Assembly (NCBI GenBank): GCA_018062515.1
Contig: JAGOSC010000004.1
Span: 9,811-73,810 of the forward strand
DNA length: 64,000 nucleotides
Reading direction: 5' to 3'
Source of the DNA: Candidatus Omnitrophota bacterium
GTDB taxonomy: Bacteria; Omnitrophota; Gorgyraeia; Zapsychrales; Zapsychraceae
In this document: positions 9,481 to 19,548 of the stretch, one piece after another
Layout: every line of letters begins with the position of its first letter
Position numbering within the stretch: position 1 is the stretch's first letter
Made by a program: the position numbers and the translations under genes
Notes under the pieces: model-generated
The model's input: the letters and a program-made list of their open reading frames with translations, nothing else
What the model was told of the DNA's origin: nothing
The model's database searches: none

Positions 9481-10399
9481 TGATTCTCTGAACTAATTCG
9501 TGACGAACCACATCGCGTCCTGTTAGATGGACGAACTTTATGCCGTCGATATCTTTGAGAATATTTTGCGCATCGGATAATCCATTGGGCGCGCCTTTGG
9601 GCAAGTCGCTTTGAGTAATGTCACCTGTAATAACTGTTTTGGAATCAAAGCCTAAGCGGGTTAAAAACATTTTCATTTGGAAAGGAGTAGAATTCTGGGC
9701 CTCGTCGAGAATGACGAACGCGTCATTCAGCGTGCGGCCGCGCATAAAGGCTAATGGTGCTACTTCGATTAATCCTTGTTCAGACAATTCATCAACTTTT
9801 CGCGCATCCATCATTTCATGCAGAGCATCATAGAGCGGTCTCAAATAGGGTGATACTTTTTCAACAATATCACCAGGAAGAAATCCTAAACTTTCACCTG
9901 CTTCAATCGCGGGCCGGGTGAGAATAATACGTTTGACTAATCCTTTGCTAAAAGCATTGACCGCCATAGCCATGGCCAAATATGTTTTGCCGGTTCCGGC
10001 TGGGCCCATACCAAACACAATATCATTTTCTTTGATAGCCTCGACGTATTCAATTTGCCCTTTGGATTTTGGAGTGACCAACATTCCTTTGACAGATACG
10101 TCGATTTTTTCTTTCGCTAAACGTTTAAAATCGACTCCCTCGTCGGGCTGGGCAAGGCGCAAGGCGTAAATAATATCGCGCGTTTTTACTTCAGAACCTT
10201 TTTCAATAATATCTAATAGATAATCAAAAAGTTCGATACACTTATCAACCTGTTCGCGGTCACCAGTAATTTTAAAGCCATTGCTTTTCTGAACAATCTT
10301 TACATGCAGTTCTTTTTCGATCAGACGCAGATTCTCGTCGTACTTCCCGCAAATCATCTGCAGTTCTCTACTATTATTAAATTGTATCGTTCGGTCCAT
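9449..10399 (-). CDS. phoH: PhoH-like ATPase
   Basis: Walker A GPAGTGKTYLAMAMAV. KH-like N-terminus typical of PhoH/YbeZ. Confidence 0.85.
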   Translation of the reverse strand: MDRTIQFNNSRELQMICGKYDENLRLIEKELHVKIVQKSNGFKITGDREQVDKCIELFDYLLDIIEKGSEVKTRDIIYALRLAQPDEGVDFKRLAKEKIDVSVKGMLVTPKSKGQIEYVEAIKENDIVFGMGPAGTGKTYLAMAMAVNAFSKGLVKRIILTRPAIEAGESLGFLPGDIVEKVSPYLRPLYDALHEMMDARKVDELSEQGLIEVAPLAFMRGRTLNDAFVILDEAQNSTPFQMKMFLTRLGFDSKTVITGDITQSDLPKGAPNGLSDAQNILKDIDGIKFVHLTGRDVVRHELVQRIIEAYEHNQKK

Positions 10400-10425
10400 A
10401 ACGGTGAAATGTTTTCGTTGATTGT

Positions 10426-11058
10426 TTAATCAACAGGTATTTTGAGATTTGTCCCGGGTTTTAAAATATCTGGGCTCTTCAGCACGTCTTTATTGGCTTC
10501 ATAAATTCTTGGCCATTTGCTGTAAGAATTATAAAACTTCATCGATATTTTTTGGAGGGTATCGTTAGTCGTGATGGTATAATCTTCGAATCGCTGATCG
10601 TCGGAAACAGAACGAACTTCTCTCTCATTGGTGTATTCATCAGAATCTTCATCAAAAGAGGGAAGATTTATCTTTCTTGCTTTGGGTGAAGATTCTTCTT
10701 CGGCTTCATCATCGGATTCGTCCGAAAAATTGTTGGATGACTTGCGTGAAGAAACTTTTTCGGAATCATCTTCGTCGACGACTTCCTTCTTTTCTTCGTT
10801 GACCAAATAACCGAAGTTTGGTTCTGCTGGAGGTTCTTTGCTAAATTCAAGAAAATAAACTTTTCGGGTATCTTTTTTCTGTGTTGAAACGGCTTGGGGA
10901 GCATTTTCCCAGTTTCCGACCGGGCCGCCAACCGTTTGATCAATACGTTTTTTATCTTGTTTATAGCTTCGAACACTAACTTCTCTGGTAGCACCGCAGC
11001 CCAAAACGCTCGAAAGCAAAATAACCATTAATATTCTTCCCATGAATTGCTTAGGCAT
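10426..11058 (-). CDS. LysM-domain lipoprotein with an acidic low-complexity linker
   Basis: Probable lipobox LLSSVLGCGA. C-terminal LysM (YTITTNDTLQKISMKFY...LKPGTNLKIP). Strong RBS AAGGAGA upstream of the ATG at 11058. Confidence 0.6.
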   Translation of the reverse strand: MPKQFMGRILMVILLSSVLGCGATREVSVRSYKQDKKRIDQTVGGPVGNWENAPQAVSTQKKDTRKVYFLEFSKEPPAEPNFGYLVNEEKKEVVDEDDSEKVSSRKSSNNFSDESDDEAEEESSPKARKINLPSFDEDSDEYTNEREVRSVSDDQRFEDYTITTNDTLQKISMKFYNSYSKWPRIYEANKDVLKSPDILKPGTNLKIPVD

Positions 11059-12451
11059 TATTATCTCCTTTTCTTAGAACCATTAGCCCTAAATCTTTCA
11101 ATTGTTTATCGTCGACGGTCGATGGTGCGTCGGTCACTAAACAATTTCCTTTTTGAGTTTTTGGAAAAGCGATTGTATCTCGGATGGAATCTAATCCTGT
11201 TAACAAGGCCACCAGCCGATCAATTCCATAGGCAACGCCCGCATGCGGCGGGGCACCATATTCGAACGCCTGAAGTAAAAATCCGAATCGGTTTTGTGCC
11301 TCTTGTTCATTGAAACCTATTATATCAAAAATTTTCTGTTGCATATCCTTTTTATGAATACGGACAGAGCCGCTTCCGATTTCATTACCATTAAAGACTA
11401 AATCATAAGACCGCGCGCGGATTTTTGCATACTCACCATTCTCCAAATACTTCGCGTCTTCTTCTTTGATCGACGTAAATGGATGGTGTTCACTTTCCCA
11501 ACGTTTTTCATCTTTATTATATTTGAACATTGGGAAATCAATGATCCAAGTTAAGTTCCACTCCTCACCTTCTTTTCGCAAATCCGGCTTATCACTATTA
11601 TATTTTTCCATAGCTTCTTTATGAGTCATCCGCGGAAAAGGTGTTACGATATCAATGCCTTTAATTTCTTTAAATATCTCTTTATATAATAATTCAGTCA
11701 CGGCAAATACGTCTTCCTCGTCGACGAAAGACATTTCCATATCCAGCTGGGTAAATTCCGGTTGACGATCGGATCGTAAATCTTCATCACGAAAACATTT
11801 TACGATTTGATAATATTTGTCGAGGCCTGAAACCATTAACATTTGTTTAAATAATTGAGGTGATTGCGGTAAAGCAAAAAATTTTCCTGGATTTAATCGC
11901 GCCGGGACGAGAAAGTCTCTTGCACCTTCGGGCGTGGATTTAGTTAAAACCGGCGTTTCAACTTCGGTGAAACCTTGTTTATCTAATACCTGACGAATAA
12001 CTGAACATAAACGGTGTCGTGTCCGCAATGAATTTAACATTTTACTTCTTCGAATATCAAGATAGCGGTAAGTCAAACGCAAATCTTCCGAAACTTCACC
12101 ATTGTCGTCGATCGGGAAAACAGGAACTTTGCTGGGATTTAAGATTTCTAATTCGGTGGCACAAACTTCAGTTTCACCCGTCGGAAGATCTTTATTAATC
12201 ATTTTATCCGGACGAACATTGACGGTACCGGTAACTTTAATCACAAATTCCGGTCCAAGTTTAGAAGCCACTTCATGAGCTTGTTTACTGACGGAAGGAA
12301 TAAACACGACTTGGGTTAATCCATAGCGGTCGCGAATATCAATGAAAATAAGTTTACCATGATCCCTTCTCGCGGCGACCCACCCGCATAAAGTGATTGT
12401 TTGGTTTCCGTGTTCTCTTCTTAATTCACCGCAAGTATGTGTACGTAACAT
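11051..12451 (-). CDS. aspS: Aspartyl-tRNA synthetase, bacterial-type sequence lacking the GAD insertion domain
   Basis: Motif 2 region QIVKCFRDEDLRSDRQPEFTQLDMEMSF is near-identical to E. coli AspRS. Motif 3 GAPPHAGVAYGIDRLVALL. 466 aa versus about 590 aa in bacterial AspRS. Confidence 0.8.
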   Translation of the reverse strand: MLRTHTCGELRREHGNQTITLCGWVAARRDHGKLIFIDIRDRYGLTQVVFIPSVSKQAHEVASKLGPEFVIKVTGTVNVRPDKMINKDLPTGETEVCATELEILNPSKVPVFPIDDNGEVSEDLRLTYRYLDIRRSKMLNSLRTRHRLCSVIRQVLDKQGFTEVETPVLTKSTPEGARDFLVPARLNPGKFFALPQSPQLFKQMLMVSGLDKYYQIVKCFRDEDLRSDRQPEFTQLDMEMSFVDEEDVFAVTELLYKEIFKEIKGIDIVTPFPRMTHKEAMEKYNSDKPDLRKEGEEWNLTWIIDFPMFKYNKDEKRWESEHHPFTSIKEEDAKYLENGEYAKIRARSYDLVFNGNEIGSGSVRIHKKDMQQKIFDIIGFNEQEAQNRFGFLLQAFEYGAPPHAGVAYGIDRLVALLTGLDSIRDTIAFPKTQKGNCLVTDAPSTVDDKQLKDLGLMVLRKGDNNA

Positions 12452-12454
12452 TCC

Positions 12455-13759
12455 TTAAAACCTTTCTGTTGCTGCTGCCAGTAATTGTGTGTAATTTTTA
12501 TCTTTAATTGAAATTTCCTTCTGAACCCCATTTTTAAAATCTTTAATCGTAACAACGGCACGCTCTAATTCATTTTCACCGATAATAATGACTTTATCTG
12601 CGTTTGATTTATTGGCTTGACGCATTAAGCTCTTAACCGAGGCAACATTATAGCAGATATCGCAGGAAATAGAATTTTGTCTGAGAACTTGGGTGATTTC
12701 CCAAGCCTGAAAAAAAGCTTTTTCATCTAAAGCAATAACATAAATATCTGGGCCGACACTGACAGCTTCCTGATCCTGCGGCAAAGCTAAGAGTATTCGC
12801 TCAATCCCGAGGGCAAATCCAACGGCTCCAACATCCGATCCGCCTAATTGACTAACCAAATTATTATAACGTCCGCCGGCTCCTAAGGCATCTTGACTGC
12901 CTAAAGCCGTACTCGTAATTTCAAAAACGGTGTGGGTATAATAATCCAAACCGCGGACTAATTTCGAATCCAATTCAAAATTGACCTTCAAAGACTTTAA
13001 GGCATTTTGAACCTGCTCAAAATAAATGCGGCTTTCTTGTCCTAAAGCTGCTGATTCAAACGTTAAAGAGTCGATCACTGCTTTGGTTTTTTTATTTTTA
13101 CTATCAAGAACCCGAAAGACATTACGCTCAAAACGGATTTGATCTTCTTCATCCAAATCTTTTAAACGGCTACTTAATTGCTGGCGTAACCACTGAGCAA
13201 AATTTTCTTTGTCTTCCGCTGATCCTAATGAATTCAGTTTGATCGTAAAATCTTTTAATCCTAAAGTCCTTAATATATCAGCACTTAAAGCAATAACCTC
13301 GGCATCAAGATAGGGCGACTTAGCAAAGGGTCCAATCGCTTCCACGCCGATTTGATGAAATTGACGTAAACGTCCTTTTTGCGGACGTTCACCACGGAAC
13401 ATAGGACCTATATAAAATAATTTACTTAAATTTTCATGCTGATCCAAATTTTGTTGAATATAAGATCGGACAACGGAAGCTGTGTTCTCTGGTCGTAAAG
13501 ATAAACCTGAAAGTTTTAGTTGCCCGTCTTTTTCTGGGGTTTGGGCGGTGAGATTAAGCATTTGCTTCATAACAACATCACTACTTTGCCCCATGGAACG
13601 AGCAAAAAGCTCTGTTTCTTCAAAAATCGGAGTTCGAATCTCACTATAATTATAAATATGGAGAAGTTCTCTGACTAAATTTTCTAAAGACTGCCATTTG
13701 GAAACTTCAGGGGAGACAATATCAGAACATCCACGGGGAACATTAAATTTATTCGGCAT
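12455..13759 (-). CDS. hisS: Histidyl-tRNA synthetase
   Basis: 434 aa class II synthetase with RGLDYYTHTVFE and GGRYNNL HisRS signatures. Confidence 0.85.
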   Translation of the reverse strand: MPNKFNVPRGCSDIVSPEVSKWQSLENLVRELLHIYNYSEIRTPIFEETELFARSMGQSSDVVMKQMLNLTAQTPEKDGQLKLSGLSLRPENTASVVRSYIQQNLDQHENLSKLFYIGPMFRGERPQKGRLRQFHQIGVEAIGPFAKSPYLDAEVIALSADILRTLGLKDFTIKLNSLGSAEDKENFAQWLRQQLSSRLKDLDEEDQIRFERNVFRVLDSKNKKTKAVIDSLTFESAALGQESRIYFEQVQNALKSLKVNFELDSKLVRGLDYYTHTVFEITSTALGSQDALGAGGRYNNLVSQLGGSDVGAVGFALGIERILLALPQDQEAVSVGPDIYVIALDEKAFFQAWEITQVLRQNSISCDICYNVASVKSLMRQANKSNADKVIIIGENELERAVVTIKDFKNGVQKEISIKDKNYTQLLAAATERF

Positions 13760-13888
13760 ATTTCCTACTAAAAATGATCTAACCCCGTCCTCCCACTGTT
13801 AAGGGGCTGGCGGGGTAAATGATCGTAATTATTTAACTATCTAACATTATTAGATTTACGACATAAAAATAAAAGCAAACCGACACTT

Positions 13889-14161
13889 TTATTTAATTTT
13901 TTGCTTCATTTCTAACCCAGGTTTAAAAATAACCACTTTTCGAGGAGGGACTGGAACACTTTCGCCAGTGCGTGGATTTCGACCAAAGCGGGCTCTACGT
14001 TCCTTGATTTTAAAAACGCCAAAATTACGTAATTCGACCTTCTCATTCCTTACTAAACTATCAACGACAACGTCGAATGTCTTTTGAACGATTTTCTTGA
14101 CATCCACCTGTTTTATCCCGGTCATGTCGGTTATTTTGAGAACTATATCTTTTTTAGTCAT
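13889..14161 (-). CDS. HU/IHF-family DNA-binding protein
   Basis: 90 aa starting MTKKDIV with an RNPRTGESVPVPPRKVVIFKPG arm. ATG at 14161 preceded by AGGAGG. The track start at 14197 is an unsupported extension. Confidence 0.8.
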   Translation of the reverse strand: MTKKDIVLKITDMTGIKQVDVKKIVQKTFDVVVDSLVRNEKVELRNFGVFKIKERRARFGRNPRTGESVPVPPRKVVIFKPGLEMKQKIK

Positions 14162-14184
14162 TGAGCTACCTCCTAATGCTAAGT

Positions 14185-14213
14185 ATAGTAACAACAAGGC
14201 GTTACAGTGTCAA
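14185..14213 (-). promoter_or_regulatory. Sigma-70-like promoter for the HU gene
   Basis: Minus strand reads TTGACA (14208..14213), 17 nt, TACTAT (14185..14190), about 20 nt upstream of the RBS. Confidence 0.45.
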
Positions 14214-14272
14214 GAAATTATTTCGCCCTCGGCCATTTTTTAGGCATTCTATAAAAAGTTTACATGATTTGA

Positions 14273-17200
14273 TTAAAATTTCAAGGAACAACATTCATTA
14301 CCGACTAATTCTTTTATTTCATTCATCAAATGTTCATTTGGAGCTATGTAAAGGTTCTCTCCGACAAGGATTTCCACACTTTTATTTGATGCAGTCGACA
14401 AGCGCAAGTAGACGGGAATTTTTCCCGGCGAATTCGACAATTTTTTCTTTAAATGATTAATACCTTTTTCTTCTAGGCTGGTCAAATCTAAGTTTATGGA
14501 TTTTATAGATTTATAAACATCCTGAATTTGTCCCATATCATTGGCGATAATTTTAGCCTCATCATCACGAATGTTTACTTTCCCCTTTAAAAAAACAACC
14601 TCACCTTCTCTTATAAATGGAGCCAAATTGACATAAACCGATGGAAATACCACCACTTCCACTTCTCCTTCAGCATCTTCTAGCCTAACAATCGCCATTC
14701 TCTCATTTGTTTTTCGTGTATTCGTTAATTTAACTTTACTGATTAAACCGACAATTCTGATGTCTTCCCCGTCGATGGCTTTTGTAAGATTTTTTGTGGA
14801 AAAATCTGTAAACTGTTTTATTTCAACATGATAATGTGAAAGTGGGTGACCGCTGACATAATACCCCAGAACTTCTTTTTCATAGGTCAATATTTGATTA
14901 GGCGGCCATTCGTTGATTTCGGGTAACTTTTCACTTTCCTTGATAAAACCAGAATCGAAACTCATCGAATCAAAAAAAGAAACTTGTCCCGAGGCCTTTT
15001 CTTTTTGTGTTTTTGTACTTATTTCTAATGTTCGATCTAATATAGTGAACATTTGTGATCGGAAAATTTTAAAATCATCCAAAGCCCCACATTTAATTAG
15101 ACTTTCCAACACTTTCCGATTCGTTAACCGTAAATCCACTCGCTCACATACATCTTGTAACGATTGAAACGGCCGTTTTCCCCGCTCGTCAACAATGGAA
15201 TCAATGGCCGATGAGCCGACATTTTTAACTGCCATCAAGCCATACTGAATTGTTTTTTCGTTAACCACACTAAATTTTTTTAAACTTTGATTGATATTCG
15301 GCGGTAGAATTTTTATTCCATTTGATTCACATTCCTTGATATATTCCACCAGCTTGTCGGTATTATTGAGCTCACTATTTAAGATGGAACACATAAATTC
15401 CACAGGATAATTCGCCTTTAGATACGCCGTTCTGTACGTGATCATCGCATAAGCCGCTGAATGGCTTCGATTAAATCCATAACCGGAAAAATAATCGATC
15501 AAATCAAATAACTTATTCGCTTTTTCCGTCGAAATATGACTTGTCTTTTCGCAGCCGTCCACAAAATCTTTACGCAGCTGCTCCATGACCGATGCGATTT
15601 TTTTACTCATGGCTCGCCTCAAATGATCCGCCTGAATCAAAGTGAATCCGGCTAAAACGACGGGAATTTGCATAACCTGCTCTTGGTAAACAATGATTCC
15701 ATAGGTTGCTTTAAGAACCGGCTCAAGTTTTGGATGATCATAGATGACGGGAATTTCACCTCGTTTCCGTTTGATAAAATCATCTAACATACCGCTGCCC
15801 ATCGGTCCCGGACGATAAAGCGCTAAAATAGAAATCAAATCTTCAAACTCGGAAGGCTTGATTTTCTTAAGCAATTCACGCATGCCCGCACTTTCCAACT
15901 GAAACACGCCAAAACTTTTGGCCTTGCTCAACATCTGATACGTTTTCTGATCATCCAATTTAACTCGTTCAATGTCCAAAATAATATTATGACGCTGCTT
16001 CACCAATTTTATGGCATCATCGATAACAGTCAGTGTCCGCAAACCCAAAAAATCCATTTTTAACAAACCAATCTTCGCGATGCTATTCATTGAATACGCC
16101 GTCGTGATCTGATCGTCACTGGTCTTAAAAAGTGGAACATACTCCGTCAAAGGTTTATCAGAAATAACGACCCCCGCCGCGTGAATGGACGCATGACGAG
16201 TCAAACCTTCCAATACCTTGGCCATTTCATAAATATCATTGGATGCCTTATCGGATTTACACAACTGCTCAAGTTGAGGCTCTTTAGTAATAGCTTCTTC
16301 TAAGGTGATTCCCAAATCATTCGGAATCAATTTTGCAATACGGTCCACATCCGTGTAAGAAACACCCATTACCCGTCCGACGTCTCTAATCGCCGCGCGC
16401 GCCTGCATGGTTCCGAAGGTGATGATTTGCGCCACATTTGATGCTCCATACTTTTTTGTTACATACTCGATAACTTCTCCTCTTCGTTCATAACAGAAAT
16501 CAATGTCAATATCCGGCATACCGCTGCGGTCGGGATTTAAAAATCTCTCAAAAAGTAGACCATAATGAAGAGGGTCAAGATCGGTAATACCTAATAGATA
16601 ACTAACCAGGCTTCCTGCCGCTGAACCACGTCCCGGACCGACGGGAATGTGACTTTCTTTTGCAAAATTAATAAAGTCAGCGACGATCAAAAAGTAAGCA
16701 ATAAAATCCATTTTTTCAATAACATTGATTTCATGAGTTAATCGCTCTTGTATTTCCTTAGAAACCGTTTGGTAGCGCCGCTTTAGACCTTCATCACAAA
16801 GTTGAATGATATACTCTTTTTGTGACTTACCAACGGGCGGCTCAAAACGAGGTAAATGATATTCATCGAAATTTAACTTTAAATCGCATTTTTCCGCGAT
16901 TTCCACCGTGTTCGCAATCGCTTCCGGGACTTCGTGAAAAAGATTTCTCATGGCGATCGAATCTTTAAAATAAAACTCGCCCGTTTGTAGTTTCATACGT
17001 CCGGGGTCATCTAAGGTTGATTGTGTTTGAATACAAAGAAGTGCATCATGGGCATGAGATTGATGCGGTTCAAGATAATGAACATCATTGGTAGCGACGA
17101 GGGGAATGTTTAATTCTTTGGAAATTTTAATAATGAGCGGGTTAACTTTCTTTTGAGCTTCAATACCATGATCCATTAATTCAAGATAAAAGTTACCTTT

Positions 17201-17707
17201 GCCGAAAATATTCTGAAAATCATCGGCGGACTTGAGTGCCGCATTATAACTACCCTGCATAAGATTCCAAGCCACCTCTCCTTTAAGACAAGCGGAGCTG
17301 CAAATCAAACCCTTGGAATGTTGAGCCAGAATACCTTTATCAATACGGGGATGATAATAAAATCCTTCCAAATAAGCTATTGATGTAAGCTTCATTAAAT
17401 TTTGATAGCCGGCAATATCTTTACATAACAATAACAAATGAGATGTTGCTTTATTTTGAGTTGATTTATCGAATCTAGTTCCATGGACAGCCACATAAGC
17501 TTCTACACCGATAATCGGTTTTATTTTTGCTTTCTGTGCCGCCAAATAAAAATCAATGGCCCCGAACATGTTGCCATGATCCGTCATAGCGACGGCGGGC
17601 ATTTGAAATTCAACCGCTTTTTCGATTAATTTATTAATTCGGCATGTTCCATCGAGGAGGCTGTATTGGGTGTGGACATGAAGATGAACAAAATCTTTGG
17701 GATGCAT
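14273..17707 (-). CDS. dnaE: DNA polymerase III alpha subunit
   Basis: 1144 aa. PHP domain (HLHVHTQYSLLDG), polymerase core, C-terminal OB fold. Confidence 0.9.
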   Translation of the reverse strand: MHPKDFVHLHVHTQYSLLDGTCRINKLIEKAVEFQMPAVAMTDHGNMFGAIDFYLAAQKAKIKPIIGVEAYVAVHGTRFDKSTQNKATSHLLLLCKDIAGYQNLMKLTSIAYLEGFYYHPRIDKGILAQHSKGLICSSACLKGEVAWNLMQGSYNAALKSADDFQNIFGKGNFYLELMDHGIEAQKKVNPLIIKISKELNIPLVATNDVHYLEPHQSHAHDALLCIQTQSTLDDPGRMKLQTGEFYFKDSIAMRNLFHEVPEAIANTVEIAEKCDLKLNFDEYHLPRFEPPVGKSQKEYIIQLCDEGLKRRYQTVSKEIQERLTHEINVIEKMDFIAYFLIVADFINFAKESHIPVGPGRGSAAGSLVSYLLGITDLDPLHYGLLFERFLNPDRSGMPDIDIDFCYERRGEVIEYVTKKYGASNVAQIITFGTMQARAAIRDVGRVMGVSYTDVDRIAKLIPNDLGITLEEAITKEPQLEQLCKSDKASNDIYEMAKVLEGLTRHASIHAAGVVISDKPLTEYVPLFKTSDDQITTAYSMNSIAKIGLLKMDFLGLRTLTVIDDAIKLVKQRHNIILDIERVKLDDQKTYQMLSKAKSFGVFQLESAGMRELLKKIKPSEFEDLISILALYRPGPMGSGMLDDFIKRKRGEIPVIYDHPKLEPVLKATYGIIVYQEQVMQIPVVLAGFTLIQADHLRRAMSKKIASVMEQLRKDFVDGCEKTSHISTEKANKLFDLIDYFSGYGFNRSHSAAYAMITYRTAYLKANYPVEFMCSILNSELNNTDKLVEYIKECESNGIKILPPNINQSLKKFSVVNEKTIQYGLMAVKNVGSSAIDSIVDERGKRPFQSLQDVCERVDLRLTNRKVLESLIKCGALDDFKIFRSQMFTILDRTLEISTKTQKEKASGQVSFFDSMSFDSGFIKESEKLPEINEWPPNQILTYEKEVLGYYVSGHPLSHYHVEIKQFTDFSTKNLTKAIDGEDIRIVGLISKVKLTNTRKTNERMAIVRLEDAEGEVEVVVFPSVYVNLAPFIREGEVVFLKGKVNIRDDEAKIIANDMGQIQDVYKSIKSINLDLTSLEEKGINHLKKKLSNSPGKIPVYLRLSTASNKSVEILVGENLYIAPNEHLMNEIKELVGNECCSLKF

Positions 17708-17793
17708 GGAAATATTATAACAAGAAAGTTTCAGTTCACAAGTAGCATCATGAACCTGTCTTTAAAATTTTCTAATCGGCTGTATCTTTTGGA

Positions 17794-19482
17794 TTATTCC
17801 CACTCGATGGTTGCGGGCGGTTTGGAGCTTATGTCAAAAACAACTCGATTGATTCCAGGAACTTCATTGATAACGCGATTTGAAATTTTTCCTAAAACGT
17901 CGTATGGGATTTGAGCCCAGTCAGCCGTCATTCCGTCGGTACTGGTTACACAACGCAAGGCAATGACATTTTCATATGTTCTTTTGTCACCCATAACCCC
18001 GACGGTGTTGATAGGCAGCAGTACTCCGAAGGCTTGCCAAACTTCATGATATAAACCGGCTTTTTTTATCTCGTCGACGATACGTTCATCGGCTTCGCGC
18101 AAAAGTTCCAAACGGTCTTTTGTGATCTCTCCTAAAATGCGGATGGCGAGACCAGGCCCCGGAAACGGCTGACGTTTAAGAATAGAATCAGGCAGGCCTA
18201 AATGTTTTCCAATTTCTCTGACCTCATCTTTGAATAATTCTCTGAAAGGTTCAATCAATTCTAATTTCATATTTTTGGGCAAACCACCGACATTATGATG
18301 GCTTTTAATAACTGAGGAAGGCCCTCCCGTCGGTGAATAAGACTCAATCACGTCCGGATACAAAGTGCCTTGAGCTAAAAACGCGATATTTTTGACTCTT
18401 TTGGATCGGTCCATAAAAACTTGCACAAATTCATCACCAATAATCTTTCTTTTCTCTTCCGGATCAACAATGCCTTTTAGACGATCTAAAAAGCGGGTCT
18501 CCGCGGACACGACCGTTAAATTCATTTTAAAGTTACCTTTAAAATTACGTTCGACTTTGGCGACTTCATTCTTTCTTAAAAGACCATTATCCACAAAAAT
18601 ACAATGAAGTTTACTGCCAATGGCTTTATGAATCAACATAGCAGCGACGGAAGAATCAACGCCTCCGCTTAATCCCAAAACGACTTTTTTGCTGCCGACC
18701 GTTTCCTTAATTTGTTTGATGGTGCTGTTAATAAACTTATCCATCGTCCATCGAGGCAGGCAACCACAAATCTGAAATACGAAATTTAATAATAATTGAG
18801 TTCCGCGTTGAGTATGAGCGACTTCAGGATGAAACTGAACGGCATAAATCTTTTTTGCTCTGTTGGCTATAGCAGCAACCGGCGCACTTAATGTATGGGC
18901 AATCTTAACAAATCCAACAGGCAGTTTTTTGATCTCATCGCTGTGGCTCATCCAACATGTCAAGTTGGAGGGTAAATTAGAAAAAAGATCTTTATTATTA
19001 TCAACAAATAATTCTGCCCTTCCAAATTCTCGGTCTTGGCTTGGCTTAACAGTTCCGCCAAAATGATGGACGATGGCTTGCATACCATAACAAACCCCAA
19101 GCATAGGAAGGCCTAATTCAAAAACTTCAGCTTTAGGCATAGGCGCATTTTGATCATAAACGCTTAATGGCCCGCCTGATAAAATAAGACCCTTTGGTTT
19201 TAACTCGTCAATCTCTGCGGCGGATATGTTCCAGGGAACGATCTTACTGAAAACTTTATTCTCTCTTACTCGTCGAGCGATGAGTTGAGTATATTGTGAA
19301 CCAAAATCAAGGATTAAAATGACATCCTTACTTTTGATTTTACTGACCTTAATGGATGCGGCGATACGGCTTCTTACTTTTTTGAGTTTGGGAACGCGGC
19401 CCATTCTTTTTTTAGATTTATGAGTTAGCCGTGTTTGCAAACTTAATTTCTTTTTTGGAGCTTCTTTTTTTGATGGATTCAT
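17794..19482 (-). CDS. guaA: GMP synthase (glutamine-hydrolysing) with a lysine-rich N-terminal extension
   Basis: GATase ([20 protein letters not shown]), ATP-PPase SGGVDSSV, C-terminal dimerisation domain. The track start at 19521 is TTG; first ATG at 19482 (MNPSKK...). Either start leaves a K-rich extension of 25-60 aa. Confidence 0.8.
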   Translation of the reverse strand: MNPSKKEAPKKKLSLQTRLTHKSKKRMGRVPKLKKVRSRIAASIKVSKIKSKDVILILDFGSQYTQLIARRVRENKVFSKIVPWNISAAEIDELKPKGLILSGGPLSVYDQNAPMPKAEVFELGLPMLGVCYGMQAIVHHFGGTVKPSQDREFGRAELFVDNNKDLFSNLPSNLTCWMSHSDEIKKLPVGFVKIAHTLSAPVAAIANRAKKIYAVQFHPEVAHTQRGTQLLLNFVFQICGCLPRWTMDKFINSTIKQIKETVGSKKVVLGLSGGVDSSVAAMLIHKAIGSKLHCIFVDNGLLRKNEVAKVERNFKGNFKMNLTVVSAETRFLDRLKGIVDPEEKRKIIGDEFVQVFMDRSKRVKNIAFLAQGTLYPDVIESYSPTGGPSSVIKSHHNVGGLPKNMKLELIEPFRELFKDEVREIGKHLGLPDSILKRQPFPGPGLAIRILGEITKDRLELLREADERIVDEIKKAGLYHEVWQAFGVLLPINTVGVMGDKRTYENVIALRCVTSTDGMTADWAQIPYDVLGKISNRVINEVPGINRVVFDISSKPPATIEWE

Positions 19483-19548
19483 TGTTTTTTCTTTGATTGA
19501 GCCGCCGTTGGACGCGCTCAAACCGATTATGTTGCGTTTGTTAGTTAA

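Noticed and set aside
13600-13640. GTTCGAATC, a tRNA T-loop-like string
   Set aside because: It lies inside the hisS coding sequence. There is no acceptor or anticodon stem complementarity, so it is a chance match.
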